Origin: Verrucomicrobiota bacterium
Lineage (GTDB): Bacteria > Verrucomicrobiota > Verrucomicrobiia > Verrucomicrobiales > V1-33
Length of the DNA stretch: 64,000 nucleotides
NCBI GenBank assembly: GCA_040387795.1
Contig: JAZKDC010000003.1
Coordinates: forward strand, 97,033-161,032
Direction: 5' to 3'
Below, in pieces: positions 50,167-60,042 of this stretch. Every line of letters starts with the position of its first letter. Position 1 is the stretch's first letter. Position numbers and translations under genes: made by a program. The notes beneath the pieces were generated by a model, which saw only the letters and a program-made list of their open reading frames with translations, had not been told where the DNA came from and did no database searches.

Positions 50167-51669
50167 TTATCCGACAGATTTGCGATAAATCATGGCACTG
50201 ACCCCGGCGATGATCAGAATCCCAAGGATGACCCACAACCAGACCATCTTCGAGGCTTCGGCAAGCTGCCCTTCCCGGGAGGTGCCATCCCCATCATAGC
50301 GGCTCTTCAACCGTCCGCGTTTGAGGAACCCGTCATAGTTTTGCTGGATCAGGTGGGTTTCCACCTGACGCATCACGTCAAGGAGAACGCCCACGATAAT
50401 CAGGATGCTGGTCCCACCGAAGAACTGAGCGGTGCTGGAAGCCACCTTCCAGTAATAAGTCATCATTTGCGGCACGATCGCGACCAGCGAGAGGAAGATG
50501 GCCCCGGCGAAGGTCAACCGGCTCATGGTGTAATCGAGAAAATCAGCGGTCGGTTTCCCCGGACGGATTCCCGGGATATAACCACCATTGGATTTCAAAT
50601 CCTCCGAAATCTGAGTCGGTTGGAACATGGTCGCCACCCAGAAGTAGGCAAAGAAGAAGATCAGCACGCAGTAAATGCCCCAATGCAGAGGGCCCTGTTC
50701 ATTCATCAGGCGGTAGAAACTATTGACCCACTCGGAAGTGGGGAAGAGCCACTGCAGAATTAACGCGGGGAACGAGATGATCGCCGAGGCAAAAATGATC
50801 GGCATCACGCCTGAATAATTCAGTTTGATCGGCAAGTGGGTGGATTGCCCACCCATTACCTTGCGGCCCACCATCCGTTTGGCATAGTTGACCGCAATTT
50901 TGCGGACGGCTTGCGTCAGGACGATGATCGAGGCGATCGACAGGAAGAACAGGAGGAGGAGGCCCACAAAGAGGGCGGCCTTCAGAGGATCACCGGGCTG
51001 GATGTAGGTGGTGAAGGTTCCGACCAAGGCATTGGGCAGGGCCGATAGGATGTTGACACAAATAATCAGCGAAGTGCCGTTCCCGATACCCCGTTCGGTG
51101 ATTTGTTCACCGAGCCACATCAAAAAGAGACATCCTGCGGTCATCACGGTCACCGCCATGAAGTAGAATCCAGGCCCCGGATTGGCCACCAACTGGTAGC
51201 CACCCTGTTTCAGGTAATCGTCCATCCCCTGCAGCAGCGGATTGCTCGCGGGAGAAACCAATCCCTTGGCCAGAAGATATCCCTGCACCAAACAAAGGAA
51301 AATAGTGAGGTAGCGGGTATACTGGGTGATTTTCTGACGGCCACCGGTTTCACGGGAGATCTTGCTCAGGCGGGGTACCACCGCGGTGAGCAGTTGCACC
51401 ATGATGGAGGCACTGATGTAAGGCATAATGCCCAAACCGAATACCGCGCAGGCACCGATAGCCCCCCCACTGAAGGCATTGATCAGGGTCGCCACCGCAT
51501 TGGTATCGGCCGAAGACGCCTTGTCGAGGTAACCTTGAACGACCGTCGGATCCACCCCGGGCAGGGTGATGGCAGCGCCAATGCGGACCACCGCCAGCAT
51601 GGCGAACGTGAACAGAATGCGGGAACGGAGTTCCGGGATTTTGAAAATATTACGGAAGGCGGAAATCAT
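50167..51669 (-). CDS. secY: Preprotein translocase subunit SecY
   Basis: LGIMPYISASI, GIGNGTSL, GVMPIIFA, IPGIRPG, GGTSILI. Confidence 0.97.
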   Translation of the reverse strand: MISAFRNIFKIPELRSRILFTFAMLAVVRIGAAITLPGVDPTVVQGYLDKASSADTNAVATLINAFSGGAIGACAVFGLGIMPYISASIMVQLLTAVVPRLSKISRETGGRQKITQYTRYLTIFLCLVQGYLLAKGLVSPASNPLLQGMDDYLKQGGYQLVANPGPGFYFMAVTVMTAGCLFLMWLGEQITERGIGNGTSLIICVNILSALPNALVGTFTTYIQPGDPLKAALFVGLLLLFFLSIASIIVLTQAVRKIAVNYAKRMVGRKVMGGQSTHLPIKLNYSGVMPIIFASAIISFPALILQWLFPTSEWVNSFYRLMNEQGPLHWGIYCVLIFFFAYFWVATMFQPTQISEDLKSNGGYIPGIRPGKPTADFLDYTMSRLTFAGAIFLSLVAIVPQMMTYYWKVASSTAQFFGGTSILIIVGVLLDVMRQVETHLIQQNYDGFLKRGRLKSRYDGDGTSREGQLAEASKMVWLWVILGILIIAGVSAMIYRKSVG

Positions 51670-51724
51670 GAGAGGCAGGTAGCGGTGGGAAGGCCGGAGC
51701 GGCGGAAGAGTGGGAGCGTAACAA

Positions 51725-51752
51725 AGCGGGCGCAACTGAGGTTGCGCCCGCT
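51725..51752 (-). terminator. Perfect 12-bp hairpin between rplO and secY
   Basis: Minus strand AGCGGGCGCAAC-CTCA-GTTGCGCCCGCT followed by TTGT; weak U-tract, so it may be an attenuator or processing site. Confidence 0.5.
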
Positions 51753-51770
51753 CCGGAGGATTCTGCTGCT

Positions 51771-52232
51771 TTATGCCGCAGCGGGCCCGCGGGAGGTCAC
51801 GGTGCCTCCAGCCTTTTCAATCTTTTCCCGGGCGGAGGCACTGATGCGGTCAACGTTGACCGTCAGTTTTTTGGTGATCTCACCAAAACCGAGGATCTTC
51901 ACGCCGTCCCAGCGGCCTTTGACCAGCTTGGCATCGCGGAGGGTGACTTCGTTGATTTCATCGCCATCTTCGAAGACCTCATCAAGTGTGCTGACGTTGA
52001 TGCTGGCCCAATTGTAACAGAAGGCGGCATTGTTGAAGCCCTTTTTGGGGAGACGACGATAAATCGGCATCTGGCCACCTTCGAAGCCGTGACGGACGGT
52101 TCCGCCGGCGCGGGCTTTTTGACCTTTGTGGCCCTTGCCGGAGGTCTTGCCATGGCCGGAGCTTTCGCCACAACCGAGGCGTTTGATCCGGTGCTTGGCA
52201 CCCGGATTGGGGGAGAGTGAGTCGAGACGCAT
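51771..52232 (-). CDS. rplO: 50S ribosomal protein L15
   Basis: GKTSGKGHKGQKAR, FEGGQMP. Confidence 0.97.
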   Translation of the reverse strand: MRLDSLSPNPGAKHRIKRLGCGESSGHGKTSGKGHKGQKARAGGTVRHGFEGGQMPIYRRLPKKGFNNAAFCYNWASINVSTLDEVFEDGDEINEVTLRDAKLVKGRWDGVKILGFGEITKKLTVNVDRISASAREKIEKAGGTVTSRGPAAA

Positions 52233-52297
52233 AATGCTGGAATTTTAAAGGATGGACCGGCGCGGGGCCGGCGGGGAGGACTGGCCGTCCGGGCGGA

Positions 52298-52822
52298 TTA
52301 CGCCTTTTCGGTTTTGAACTTGCCGCGGGCTTTGAGGAACTGCTCGCGGGTGCGCATCTGGGTCAGAGCGCTGAGCGTGGCTTTCACCACGTTGGCTGGG
52401 TTTTTGGAGCCCAGGCTCTTGGCCAGGATGTCGCGGACTCCGGCAGCTTCCACCACGGCGCGGACGGCACCACCGGCGATAATGCCCGTTCCGGGGCTGG
52501 CAGGTTTCAAAAGAACCTTGCCGCCGCCGAACTCGCCGAGAACGACGTGGGGAACGGTGTTGTCACGGAGGGAGACCGACACCATGCCCTTGCGGGAGGC
52601 TTCACTGGCCTTCTTGATGGCGTCGGAGACTTCGTTGGCCTTGCCGAAGCCGAAGCCGACCTTGCCCTGACGGTCCCCAGCCACCACTAGGGCGCTGAAG
52701 CTGAAGCGGCGTCCGCCCTTCACGACCTTGGCGCATCGGTTGATGAACACCACCTTTTCGGTGATTTCGGCTTTGCTGCCGGAATCGGAGTGTTCGGAAG
52801 TAATAACAGTATCAGTTGCCAT
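52298..52822 (-). CDS. rpsE: 30S ribosomal protein S5
   Basis: [19 protein letters not shown]. Confidence 0.97.
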   Translation of the reverse strand: MATDTVITSEHSDSGSKAEITEKVVFINRCAKVVKGGRRFSFSALVVAGDRQGKVGFGFGKANEVSDAIKKASEASRKGMVSVSLRDNTVPHVVLGEFGGGKVLLKPASPGTGIIAGGAVRAVVEAAGVRDILAKSLGSKNPANVVKATLSALTQMRTREQFLKARGKFKTEKA

Positions 52823-52833
52823 GCGTCAGGAAT

Positions 52834-53187
52834 TTAGAATTTGAGACCGCTTTCACGGGCGGCGTCGGCGAGGGCTTTGACCTTGCCATGATAGAAGTGA
52901 CCCCCACGGTCGAAGACCACGGTTTCCACGGAGATGGCCTTGGCGCGCTCGGCGATCAGCTGACCCACCTTGAGGGCGGTGTCGGCGTTGGCCTTGGAGC
53001 TGTTGACGGCTTCGTCCTTGGTGCTGGCGGAGGCGATCGTCTTGCCGCTGATATCGTCAATCAGCTGGGCATACACGTTCTTGTTGGAGAAGTGGACGGC
53101 GAGGCGCGGGCGCTGCGCGGTGCCGGACACTTTGCGGCGGATGCGTGTGTGAACACGGCGCCGGGCTTCTTTGCGGTTAACCTTCAT
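52834..53187 (-). CDS. rplR: 50S ribosomal protein L18
   Basis: RPRLAV, VFDRGG..YHGKVKALAD. Confidence 0.97.
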   Translation of the reverse strand: MKVNRKEARRRVHTRIRRKVSGTAQRPRLAVHFSNKNVYAQLIDDISGKTIASASTKDEAVNSSKANADTALKVGQLIAERAKAISVETVVFDRGGHFYHGKVKALADAARESGLKF

Positions 53188-53225
53188 GATTTTGAAATGG
53201 AGTATAAGTTGGAGGAAGCGAAGGG

Positions 53226-53762
53226 TTACTTCACTTTCTTGCCTTCCTTGCGGCGGATTTGTTCGCCGGTGTAGCGGACTCCCTTGCCTTTATAAGGCTC
53301 GGGCGGATAATAGGAACGGACATCCGCGGCGAACTGGCCGACGCGCTGTTTGTCGATTCCTTCGACTTTGATCTTGGTGTTTTCGGTCACGGTGACGGTG
53401 AGGTCAGCCGGGATCGGGTGCAGCAGAGGGTGGCTGTAACCAAGGCTCAGATCCAGTTTGTCACCCTTGACGGCGGCGCGAAAGCCGGTGCCATGGATTT
53501 CCAACTGGCGGACGAAGCCGTCGTTCACACCGATGATCATGTTGCTGATGAGGCGCTGGCTGGTGCCGTGCAGGGCACGGAGCTTGCGGTCATCACTGGC
53601 ACGCTTCACGGAAAGCTCGGAGCCTTCCTGGGAGAAACTGATCCCCAGCGGGAGGACGTAGCTGAGTTTGCCCTTGGGTCCGGCCACAGAGACGGTGCCG
53701 TCTTTGTTTTCGATGGTGACCTTGGCGGGAAGCGGAATGGATTTATTACCAACTCGGGACAT
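53226..53762 (-). CDS. rplF: 50S ribosomal protein L6
   Basis: MSRVG, PEPYKGKGVRY. Confidence 0.97.
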   Translation of the reverse strand: MSRVGNKSIPLPAKVTIENKDGTVSVAGPKGKLSYVLPLGISFSQEGSELSVKRASDDRKLRALHGTSQRLISNMIIGVNDGFVRQLEIHGTGFRAAVKGDKLDLSLGYSHPLLHPIPADLTVTVTENTKIKVEGIDKQRVGQFAADVRSYYPPEPYKGKGVRYTGEQIRRKEGKKVK

Positions 53763-53790
53763 ATGCTTGAAGTGTTAAGGAGTTGGAGGT

Positions 53791-54189
53791 TTACCAGACA
53801 ATGGCGAGGAGCTCACCACCGATACGTTGCTTTTTGGCCTGGGATCCGGTCATCAGCCCTTTGGAGGTGCTGAGGATAGCGATGCCGAGGCCGTTCAGCA
53901 CCTTGGGAATTTCTTCGACAGGCACATATTGGCGCATCCCGGGGCTGGACATACGCTTGAGATCGGTCAGGACAGCGCGGCCATCGGTACTCTTGGTTTT
54001 GACGCGGATCTGGGGATGTCCCTCTCCGGTTTCGACTTCGTAGGACCAGATGTAGCCTTCTTCCTGAAGAATGCGGGCGATCTCCGCCTTGATGCGGGAG
54101 AAGGGAGCGGTGAACTCTTCTTTCCGGGCGCGGCTGGCGTTTTTCCAGCGGGTGAGGAAGTCGGAGATGGGGTCGGTGAGGACGGCCAT
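53791..54189 (-). CDS. rpsH: 30S ribosomal protein S8
   Basis: DPISDFLTR, GLGIAILSTSKG, GGELL. Confidence 0.97.
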   Translation of the reverse strand: MAVLTDPISDFLTRWKNASRARKEEFTAPFSRIKAEIARILQEEGYIWSYEVETGEGHPQIRVKTKSTDGRAVLTDLKRMSSPGMRQYVPVEEIPKVLNGLGIAILSTSKGLMTGSQAKKQRIGGELLAIVW

Positions 54190-54219
54190 GATATTTTAGA
54201 GATAGAAAGTTGGAAGGAA

Positions 54220-54810
54220 TTAGGCAGCAGCCACTTCGCTCTGGGAGACAGCGGCAGGCTTGTGGTCGCGGAACGGCATCCCGAGAGCGCGCAGGAGTTC
54301 GCGTCCGGCGTCATCGGTGGTGGCGGTGGTCACGATGCAGATATCAAAGCCGAGCTGGCGTTTGATCTTATCAATTTCAATCTCGGGGAAGATCGATTGG
54401 TCGGTGATGCCGAGGGTGTAGTTCCCTTTGCCATCGAAGGCTTTGGGACTGACCCCACGGAAATCGCGGACCACAGGAAGAGCCATCTTCATGAGGCGCT
54501 CAAGGAATTCCCACATGAGGCGGCCACGCAGGGTGACCTTCACGCCGAGGGGTTCCCCTTCGCGGAGTTTGAAGTTCGAGATCGCCTTTTTGGATTTGGT
54601 GATCACGGCTTTCTGACCGGTGATGGTCTGAACGTCATTGAGGGCATCTTCGACGGCCTGCTTGCGGTCGGCCTGTTTGCCAACCGAGCAATTCACCACG
54701 ACTTTTTCAATCTGGGGAATTTGGTGCAGGTTGGTAACCCCAAGCTTGGCTTTGAGGTGCGGAGCGACTTTCTCCTTATAAAACTGTTTGAGGGCGGGTA
54801 CTGGTTCCAT
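54220..54810 (-). CDS. rplE: 50S ribosomal protein L5
   Basis: ITGQK, FKLREG, RDFRG, FPEI. Confidence 0.97.
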   Translation of the reverse strand: MEPVPALKQFYKEKVAPHLKAKLGVTNLHQIPQIEKVVVNCSVGKQADRKQAVEDALNDVQTITGQKAVITKSKKAISNFKLREGEPLGVKVTLRGRLMWEFLERLMKMALPVVRDFRGVSPKAFDGKGNYTLGITDQSIFPEIEIDKIKRQLGFDICIVTTATTDDAGRELLRALGMPFRDHKPAAVSQSEVAAA

Positions 54811-54830
54811 GTCCGTGTGGGGTCAGGGGC

Positions 54831-55139
54831 TTATTCGGTGGCTGCTTTGGCGCGCTTTTTGGCGGGAGCCTTGGCAGGTTTTGCAGCCTTGACGGCCTTG
54901 GGCTTTTCCTTCACCGGAGCTTCGGCAAGGCGTACGTTGGAAAGATGGATCGGGCCTTCACGCTCGATGATGCCACCCTCGGAGGACTGGGTCTTCTTGA
55001 CGTGCTTTTTGATCATGTGCACGCCCTTGATGATCACCTGCGACTTCGTCGGGTTGACGGAGAGGATGACACCGGTCTTGCCTTTGTGCCCGCCGGAAAT
55101 GATGACGACCTGGTCGTCCTTCTTTACGTGTGTTTTCAT
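54831..55139 (-). CDS. rplX: 50S ribosomal protein L24
   Basis: KDDQVVIISGGHKGKTG, EGPIHLSNV. Confidence 0.95.
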   Translation of the reverse strand: MKTHVKKDDQVVIISGGHKGKTGVILSVNPTKSQVIIKGVHMIKKHVKKTQSSEGGIIEREGPIHLSNVRLAEAPVKEKPKAVKAAKPAKAPAKKRAKAATE

Positions 55140-55143
55140 GGGT

Positions 55144-55509
55144 CTAGAGAACTTCGGGGGCAAGGGAAACGATTTTCATGAAATTCCGGTCGCGGAGTTC
55201 ACGGGCCACAGGGCCAAAGATGCGGGTCCCGCGGGGGTTCTGATCTTTGTCGATGATGACAATCGCGTTGGAGTCGAACCGGAGGATCGACCCGTCATCG
55301 CGGCGGATGGGAGCACTGGTGCGGACGACGACGCCTTTGACGACTTCGCCTTTTTTGATGGCACCGGTGGGGGTTGCTTCGCGGATGTGGGCGGTGATGA
55401 TGTCGCCGATGCCGGCAGTGCGCGAACGCTTGCCGAGAACGCCGATCATCTTCGCAACACGGGCTCCCGTGTTGTCCGCCACCTGCACCTTGGATTCCAT
55501 TTGAATCAT
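55144..55509 (-). CDS. rplN: 50S ribosomal protein L14
   Basis: [26 protein letters not shown]. Confidence 0.98.
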   Translation of the reverse strand: MIQMESKVQVADNTGARVAKMIGVLGKRSRTAGIGDIITAHIREATPTGAIKKGEVVKGVVVRTSAPIRRDDGSILRFDSNAIVIIDKDQNPRGTRIFGPVARELRDRNFMKIVSLAPEVL

Positions 55510-55552
55510 GGTATTATGTTTGGGATGTGGTTTGGCTTGGTGAGTAAGCAGT

Positions 55553-55831
55553 TTAGTGCTTGAGAACTTCGACGAGGCGCCAGCGCTTGAGCTTGCTCAG
55601 CGGGCGGGACTCCATGACGCGGACGCGATCACCCACTTTGGCTTCGCCGGCGTCATCGGAGGCGTAAAGCTTGGTGGTTTTTTTGACGATCTTGCGGAAC
55701 TTCGGGTGGGGAACGCGGCGGACAACGCCGACGACGATGGTCTTGTCCATCTTGTCAGACAGGACGACGCCGACACGGGTTTTGCGGGTAGGACGGTCGG
55801 TTTCCTGTGGCTGGTTGGTTTCTTCGGACAT
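55553..55831 (-). CDS. rpsQ: 30S ribosomal protein S17
   Basis: [18 protein letters not shown]. Confidence 0.97.
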   Translation of the reverse strand: MSEETNQPQETDRPTRKTRVGVVLSDKMDKTIVVGVVRRVPHPKFRKIVKKTTKLYASDDAGEAKVGDRVRVMESRPLSKLKRWRLVEVLKH

Positions 55832-55865
55832 GGGAAAAGTCTAAGGTATAGGGAGGGAAACCAAC

Positions 55866-56066
55866 TCAGGCCACGCTGGCGGCGCGTTTGGCGGTCAGTT
55901 CGGTTTCAATGCGGGCGAGGTCCTTGCGGATGAACGTAAGGCGGGAGGGATTCTCCAATTGGCCACTGCGCTGCTGCAGGCGGAGGTTGAAGCCCTCCTG
56001 TTTGAGTTCACCGCGCTTGGCGATCAATTCATCGACCGACAGGTCGCGGATTTCACTGTTTTTCAT
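55866..56066 (-). CDS. rpmC: 50S ribosomal protein L29
   Basis: FNLRLQ...GQLENP...RKDLARIET. Confidence 0.95.
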   Translation of the reverse strand: MKNSEIRDLSVDELIAKRGELKQEGFNLRLQQRSGQLENPSRLTFIRKDLARIETELTAKRAASVA

Positions 56067-56087
56067 GGGACGGGAGACGGATGGAGG

Positions 56088-56507
56088 TTAAGCGGCGCCA
56101 TTGCGGCGGACGAAGCGGCAACGGATGCCCAACTTCTGGGCCGCGAGACGGAAGGACTCACGGGCGAGGGATTCCGGCACGCCGGCAGTTTCGAAGAGCA
56201 TATTGCCGGGACGGACCACGGCGACCCAGAACTCAGGCTGCCCCTTGCCCTTGCCCATACGGGTCTCAGGAGGACGGGCCGTCACTGGCTTGTGGGGGAA
56301 GATGCGGATGAAGACCTTGCCCTTCCGTTTCAGGTTGCGGGTGATCGCCACCCGGCACGCTTCGATCTGGGTATTCTTGATCCAGCCCCGGTCAAGGGTT
56401 TGGAGGCCGAATTCACCGAAATCCACGTTGGTGCCGCGTTGGGCATTGCCCGACCGGCTGCCACGCATGGTTTTGCGGTGCTTTACTCTTTTAGGCTGCA
56501 TTGCCAT
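56088..56507 (-). CDS. rplP: 50S ribosomal protein L16
   Basis: [15 protein letters not shown]. Confidence 0.97.
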   Translation of the reverse strand: MAMQPKRVKHRKTMRGSRSGNAQRGTNVDFGEFGLQTLDRGWIKNTQIEACRVAITRNLKRKGKVFIRIFPHKPVTARPPETRMGKGKGQPEFWVAVVRPGNMLFETAGVPESLARESFRLAAQKLGIRCRFVRRNGAA

Positions 56508-56553
56508 AGTGATGAAAGATAGTTAGGAATTAAAAGGAAAGGACAGTTCAGGC

Positions 56554-57375
56554 TCAGGCTTGAGCAGCAGGGGCTGGAGCTGGAGCAGGGCCGCGATTGC
56601 CGCCACGGTCACCACCACCACGGGGACCACCGGGGCCTCCGCCAGGACCACCACGGCCGCGGCCACCAGGACCACCACCACCGGGGCGGTCACCACGGGG
56701 ACGCTCACGGCGGGCGTTGGGTGGCGGGGGCGGCGGGGCTTCGCCTTCGGCGAGGACGCGACGGTTGATCCAACACTTGACGCCGATGATGCCATAAACG
56801 GTACGGGCTTCAGCGAAGCCGTAGTCGATCGGAACACGGAGAGTTTGCAGAGGCACTTTGCCTTCTTTATACCATTCAGCACGGGCGATATCGGCTCCAC
56901 CGAGGCGGCCGGCGGCACGGATACGGATGCCCAGAGCACCAAAGTCCATCGCGGTCTGCACGGCACGCTTCATGGCGCGGCGGAAGGAAATACGGCGTTC
57001 CAGCTGGGTGGCGACGTTCTCCGCGATCAATTGAGCCTCGATCTCGGGCTGTTTGATTTCGAAAATGTCGATTTTGACCTGTTTGCCACCGCACATCTCA
57101 CTGATGGCGGCGTTCATGAGTTCGATTTCGGAACCCTTGCGGCCGATCACCAGACCAGGGCGGGCGGTGAAGAGGGTGACACGGACGCTGTTCCAGGCAC
57201 GCTCAATGACGATGCGGGAAAGGGCGGCAAACATCAGCTTCCCTTTCAGGTAACTGCGGATTTTGATGTCGCTGTGGAGAAAGCCGGGAAAGTCGGCTTT
57301 GGGGGCGTACCACTTGGAGCGCCAGTCCTTGTTGACGGCGAGGCGGAAGCCGATCGGATTGATTTTCTGTCCCAT
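56554..57375 (-). CDS. rpsC: 30S ribosomal protein S3 with RGG-rich tail
   Basis: MGQKINP, GRLGGADIAR, PLQTLR, GIIGVKCWI. Confidence 0.97.
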   Translation of the reverse strand: MGQKINPIGFRLAVNKDWRSKWYAPKADFPGFLHSDIKIRSYLKGKLMFAALSRIVIERAWNSVRVTLFTARPGLVIGRKGSEIELMNAAISEMCGGKQVKIDIFEIKQPEIEAQLIAENVATQLERRISFRRAMKRAVQTAMDFGALGIRIRAAGRLGGADIARAEWYKEGKVPLQTLRVPIDYGFAEARTVYGIIGVKCWINRRVLAEGEAPPPPPPNARRERPRGDRPGGGGPGGRGRGGPGGGPGGPRGGGDRGGNRGPAPAPAPAAQA

Positions 57376-57405
57376 AGAATCGTGTCAGTGAAAATTTAAG
57401 TCGGC

Positions 57406-57798
57406 TTATTCAGCAGCGGCAGCGGTTTTGGAAACGTGCTTGCGGCCTTTGGTTTTGACGACGGGTTTGTCGTCGGAAACGATGATTTGAAGATGCGCCA
57501 TGGGTTTCCGGATGGCGGCGGAGGATCCCTTGGCCAACGGCATCATGCGCTTGTGCACCGGGCCGTGGTTGGCGACGGCGGATTTCACAATCAGCGCGTC
57601 GGGGTTGAGATCGAAATTATGCTCCGCATTGGCTACCGCGGACTTGAGGGTCTTGGTGAACAACACTGCAGCCTTTTTGGGGGTGAAGGTGAGCAGGCTG
57701 AGGGCTTGGCCGACTGGCAACCCTTGGATTTCGCGGGCCACATCACGCGCCTTGAGCGGGGAGATGCGGACATATTTGGAGATGGCTTTGACGTCCAT
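57406..57798 (-). CDS. rplV: 50S ribosomal protein L22
   Basis: RISPLKAR, SAVANAEHN. Confidence 0.96.
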   Translation of the reverse strand: MDVKAISKYVRISPLKARDVAREIQGLPVGQALSLLTFTPKKAAVLFTKTLKSAVANAEHNFDLNPDALIVKSAVANHGPVHKRMMPLAKGSSAAIRKPMAHLQIIVSDDKPVVKTKGRKHVSKTAAAAE

Positions 57799-57809
57799 GA
57801 CTGGTAGTT

Positions 57810-58532
57810 TTACTTTAAAGTTGAAATGGTTTCGGGTTTGGCCAGATCACCGACCTTGAGGGCACCGGCAGAACTGGTAGAAGTCATCAGCAATCCGGCA
57901 ATCCGGCTCCTCACATCGACCACCAATCCGGTGGCGACAATTTTCTCCCCACGGACCAGTCGCATCGGGGTTCCAAGGCGGAGGCCACTTTCAGCGCCAG
58001 TATTGATGACTGCAAGTCCAAGATCGTTTTTCAGGGAAATGACTTTGGCGGACTCGAGTGGAGTGGGAGCGGCGGCCGTTTCCGCTTTGGCGGAGATCAG
58101 GGATTGGTTGGCGGCGGCAAGTTCCTGTTGGAGACGCTCCCGGCTGAGTTTGTCCTGCGGATCGCTCAGCAACGCCAAGGAGGCTTCGGATAGACTGACC
58201 ACCCTCTCCGTCAATTCCTTGACGCGGCGGTCGGCGAGGCGGTAATCTGAAACGGCAGCAAGGAGACGTTCCTGGAGCGGTCGCAACTCCGGCTTGAGGC
58301 CTGCCAGACCGAGCGCTTCCGTCTGCAGGCGCAGGCGTTCATACTCGGCACGGAGGGTTTCCAATTCCTGGTTGGCTTTCGCGAGGCTTTCCGCCGGAGC
58401 AGCCGGGTTGGGGACCTCAACCACAGGTCCTGATGGCGCGGCACCCTGGTCCTGTGCCACGACACGACCGGCGAGTGCCGCCAGAAGGGCGGCACCGCAG
58501 ATGACGGTAGTGGCAGAGGACGAAAAGGACAC
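57810..58532 (-). CDS. Hypothetical secreted coiled-coil protein inserted in the S10 operon
   Basis: 240-aa ORF filling the rpsS-rplV gap; signal-peptide-like N-terminus, heptad coiled coil, C-terminal VINxG..GL..G beta-domain. Confidence 0.8.
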   Translation of the reverse strand: MSFSSSATTVICGAALLAALAGRVVAQDQGAAPSGPVVEVPNPAAPAESLAKANQELETLRAEYERLRLQTEALGLAGLKPELRPLQERLLAAVSDYRLADRRVKELTERVVSLSEASLALLSDPQDKLSRERLQQELAAANQSLISAKAETAAAPTPLESAKVISLKNDLGLAVINTGAESGLRLGTPMRLVRGEKIVATGLVVDVRSRIAGLLMTSTSSAGALKVGDLAKPETISTLK

Positions 58533-58547
58533 GGAGGCGCTGGAGGA

Positions 58548-58826
58548 TTATTTGGATACCTTGGCCGTGGTGGCGCCGTGACCTTTGAAGGTACGGGTCG
58601 GGGAGAATTCCCCGAGGCGGTGGCCGACCATGTTTTCGGTGACGAAAACGCTGATGAAGTCCTTCCCGTTATGAACGAGGAAGGTGTGACCAACAAAGTC
58701 AGGAGAGATGGTTGAAGCGCGGGCCCATGTTTTGATGGGGCGCTTTTGGCCGCTGTCATTCATCTTGTCGATCTTCACCAGTAGCTTCTGGTTGATAAAA
58801 GGACCTTTTTTGAGGGATCTGCCCAT
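58548..58826 (-). CDS. rpsS: 30S ribosomal protein S19
   Basis: [21 protein letters not shown]. Confidence 0.98.
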   Translation of the reverse strand: MGRSLKKGPFINQKLLVKIDKMNDSGQKRPIKTWARASTISPDFVGHTFLVHNGKDFISVFVTENMVGHRLGEFSPTRTFKGHGATTAKVSK

Positions 58827-58864
58827 GGTATTGAACTATTTAAAGAGAGTTGGGTTGGGCGGGC

Positions 58865-59710
58865 TTATTTGCCTTTCTTGGCATTGCGGCGCTGCACGAT
58901 GAAGCGGTCGGTCTTGTGATACTTCTTGCGGGTCTTCTCACCCTTGGCGTGACCCCAGGGACTGAGAAGGTGTTGGCGGCCACCACCGGATTTGGATCGG
59001 CCTTCACCACCACCGTTGGGGTGATCGACCGGGTTCATGGTCATCCCGCGGACGGTAGGACGGACGCCCATCCAACGGGTGCGGCCCGCTTTTCCGGAAA
59101 CCACGTTCATGTGCTCGCTGTTACCAACGGTGCCGATGGTGGCGTAGCATTCCTGATGGATCTTGCGGATTTCGCCGGAAGGCATCTTCATGAGGGCGTA
59201 GTCGCCTTCGCGGTTGTTCAGCATGACCGATTGGCCGGCGGAACGGGCGACACGGCCGCCTTGACCGGGCTTGAGTTCGACATTGTGAACGGCGGTGCCG
59301 AGCGGGATGGAACGAAGCGGGAGGGCGTTGCCGACTTCCGGAGCCACTTTCTCTCCTGCGATGACGGTCATGCCGGCGACGAGGTGGTTGGGGGCGAGGA
59401 TGTAAGCCTTGGTGCCGTCCTCGTATTTCAGAAGCGCAATACGGGCGGTGCGGCCTGGATCGTATTCAATGGCTTCGACGTTCGCGGGAGCGTCACGCTT
59501 GAGGCGCTTGAAGTCGATGATGCGGTATTTGCGCTTATGGCCACCACCGATGTGACGGCAGGTGATAACACCTTGGTTGTTGCGGCCACCGGAACGCTTT
59601 TTGACATCAAGCAGGGACTTCTCGGGCTTCTTTTTGGAAAGCGCGGAGAGATCGGGGTGCTCTTTGTAGCGGTTGGTGGGTGTGTAGGGGCGGAAGGTCT
59701 TGAGTGCCAT
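58865..59710 (-). CDS. rplB: 50S ribosomal protein L2
   Basis: [25 protein letters not shown]. Confidence 0.98.
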   Translation of the reverse strand: MALKTFRPYTPTNRYKEHPDLSALSKKKPEKSLLDVKKRSGGRNNQGVITCRHIGGGHKRKYRIIDFKRLKRDAPANVEAIEYDPGRTARIALLKYEDGTKAYILAPNHLVAGMTVIAGEKVAPEVGNALPLRSIPLGTAVHNVELKPGQGGRVARSAGQSVMLNNREGDYALMKMPSGEIRKIHQECYATIGTVGNSEHMNVVSGKAGRTRWMGVRPTVRGMTMNPVDHPNGGGEGRSKSGGGRQHLLSPWGHAKGEKTRKKYHKTDRFIVQRRNAKKGK

Positions 59711-59760
59711 GATGTTGGATCAGGTTGGCAGTGGAAATGAGTGAGGGGAAACCGGAAGGA

Positions 59761-60042
59761 TTAGACCAGATCGATCTTTTCGCCTTCGGCCAGACGGACG
59801 ATGGCTTTCTTCCAGTGATTGGTGCGGCCTTTTTGGGCTCCGCGGCGACGGGCTTTGCCGGCGTAGTTGCAGGTGCGGACCTGGGTGACCTTCTTGCCGA
59901 AAATGGTGGTGACGGCGAGTTTGATGTCCAGCTTGTTGGCCTTCGGATCGACTTCGAACACGTATTCGTTGTTCAGTTCGCCGAGGACGGTGGCCTTTTC
60001 ACTGAGGCGGATGTTTCTGATGACTTGATAGACGTCTTTCAT
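59761..60042 (-). CDS. rplW: 50S ribosomal protein L23
   Basis: SEKA, YVFEV, WKKAIVRL. Confidence 0.96.
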   Translation of the reverse strand: MKDVYQVIRNIRLSEKATVLGELNNEYVFEVDPKANKLDIKLAVTTIFGKKVTQVRTCNYAGKARRRGAQKGRTNHWKKAIVRLAEGEKIDLV

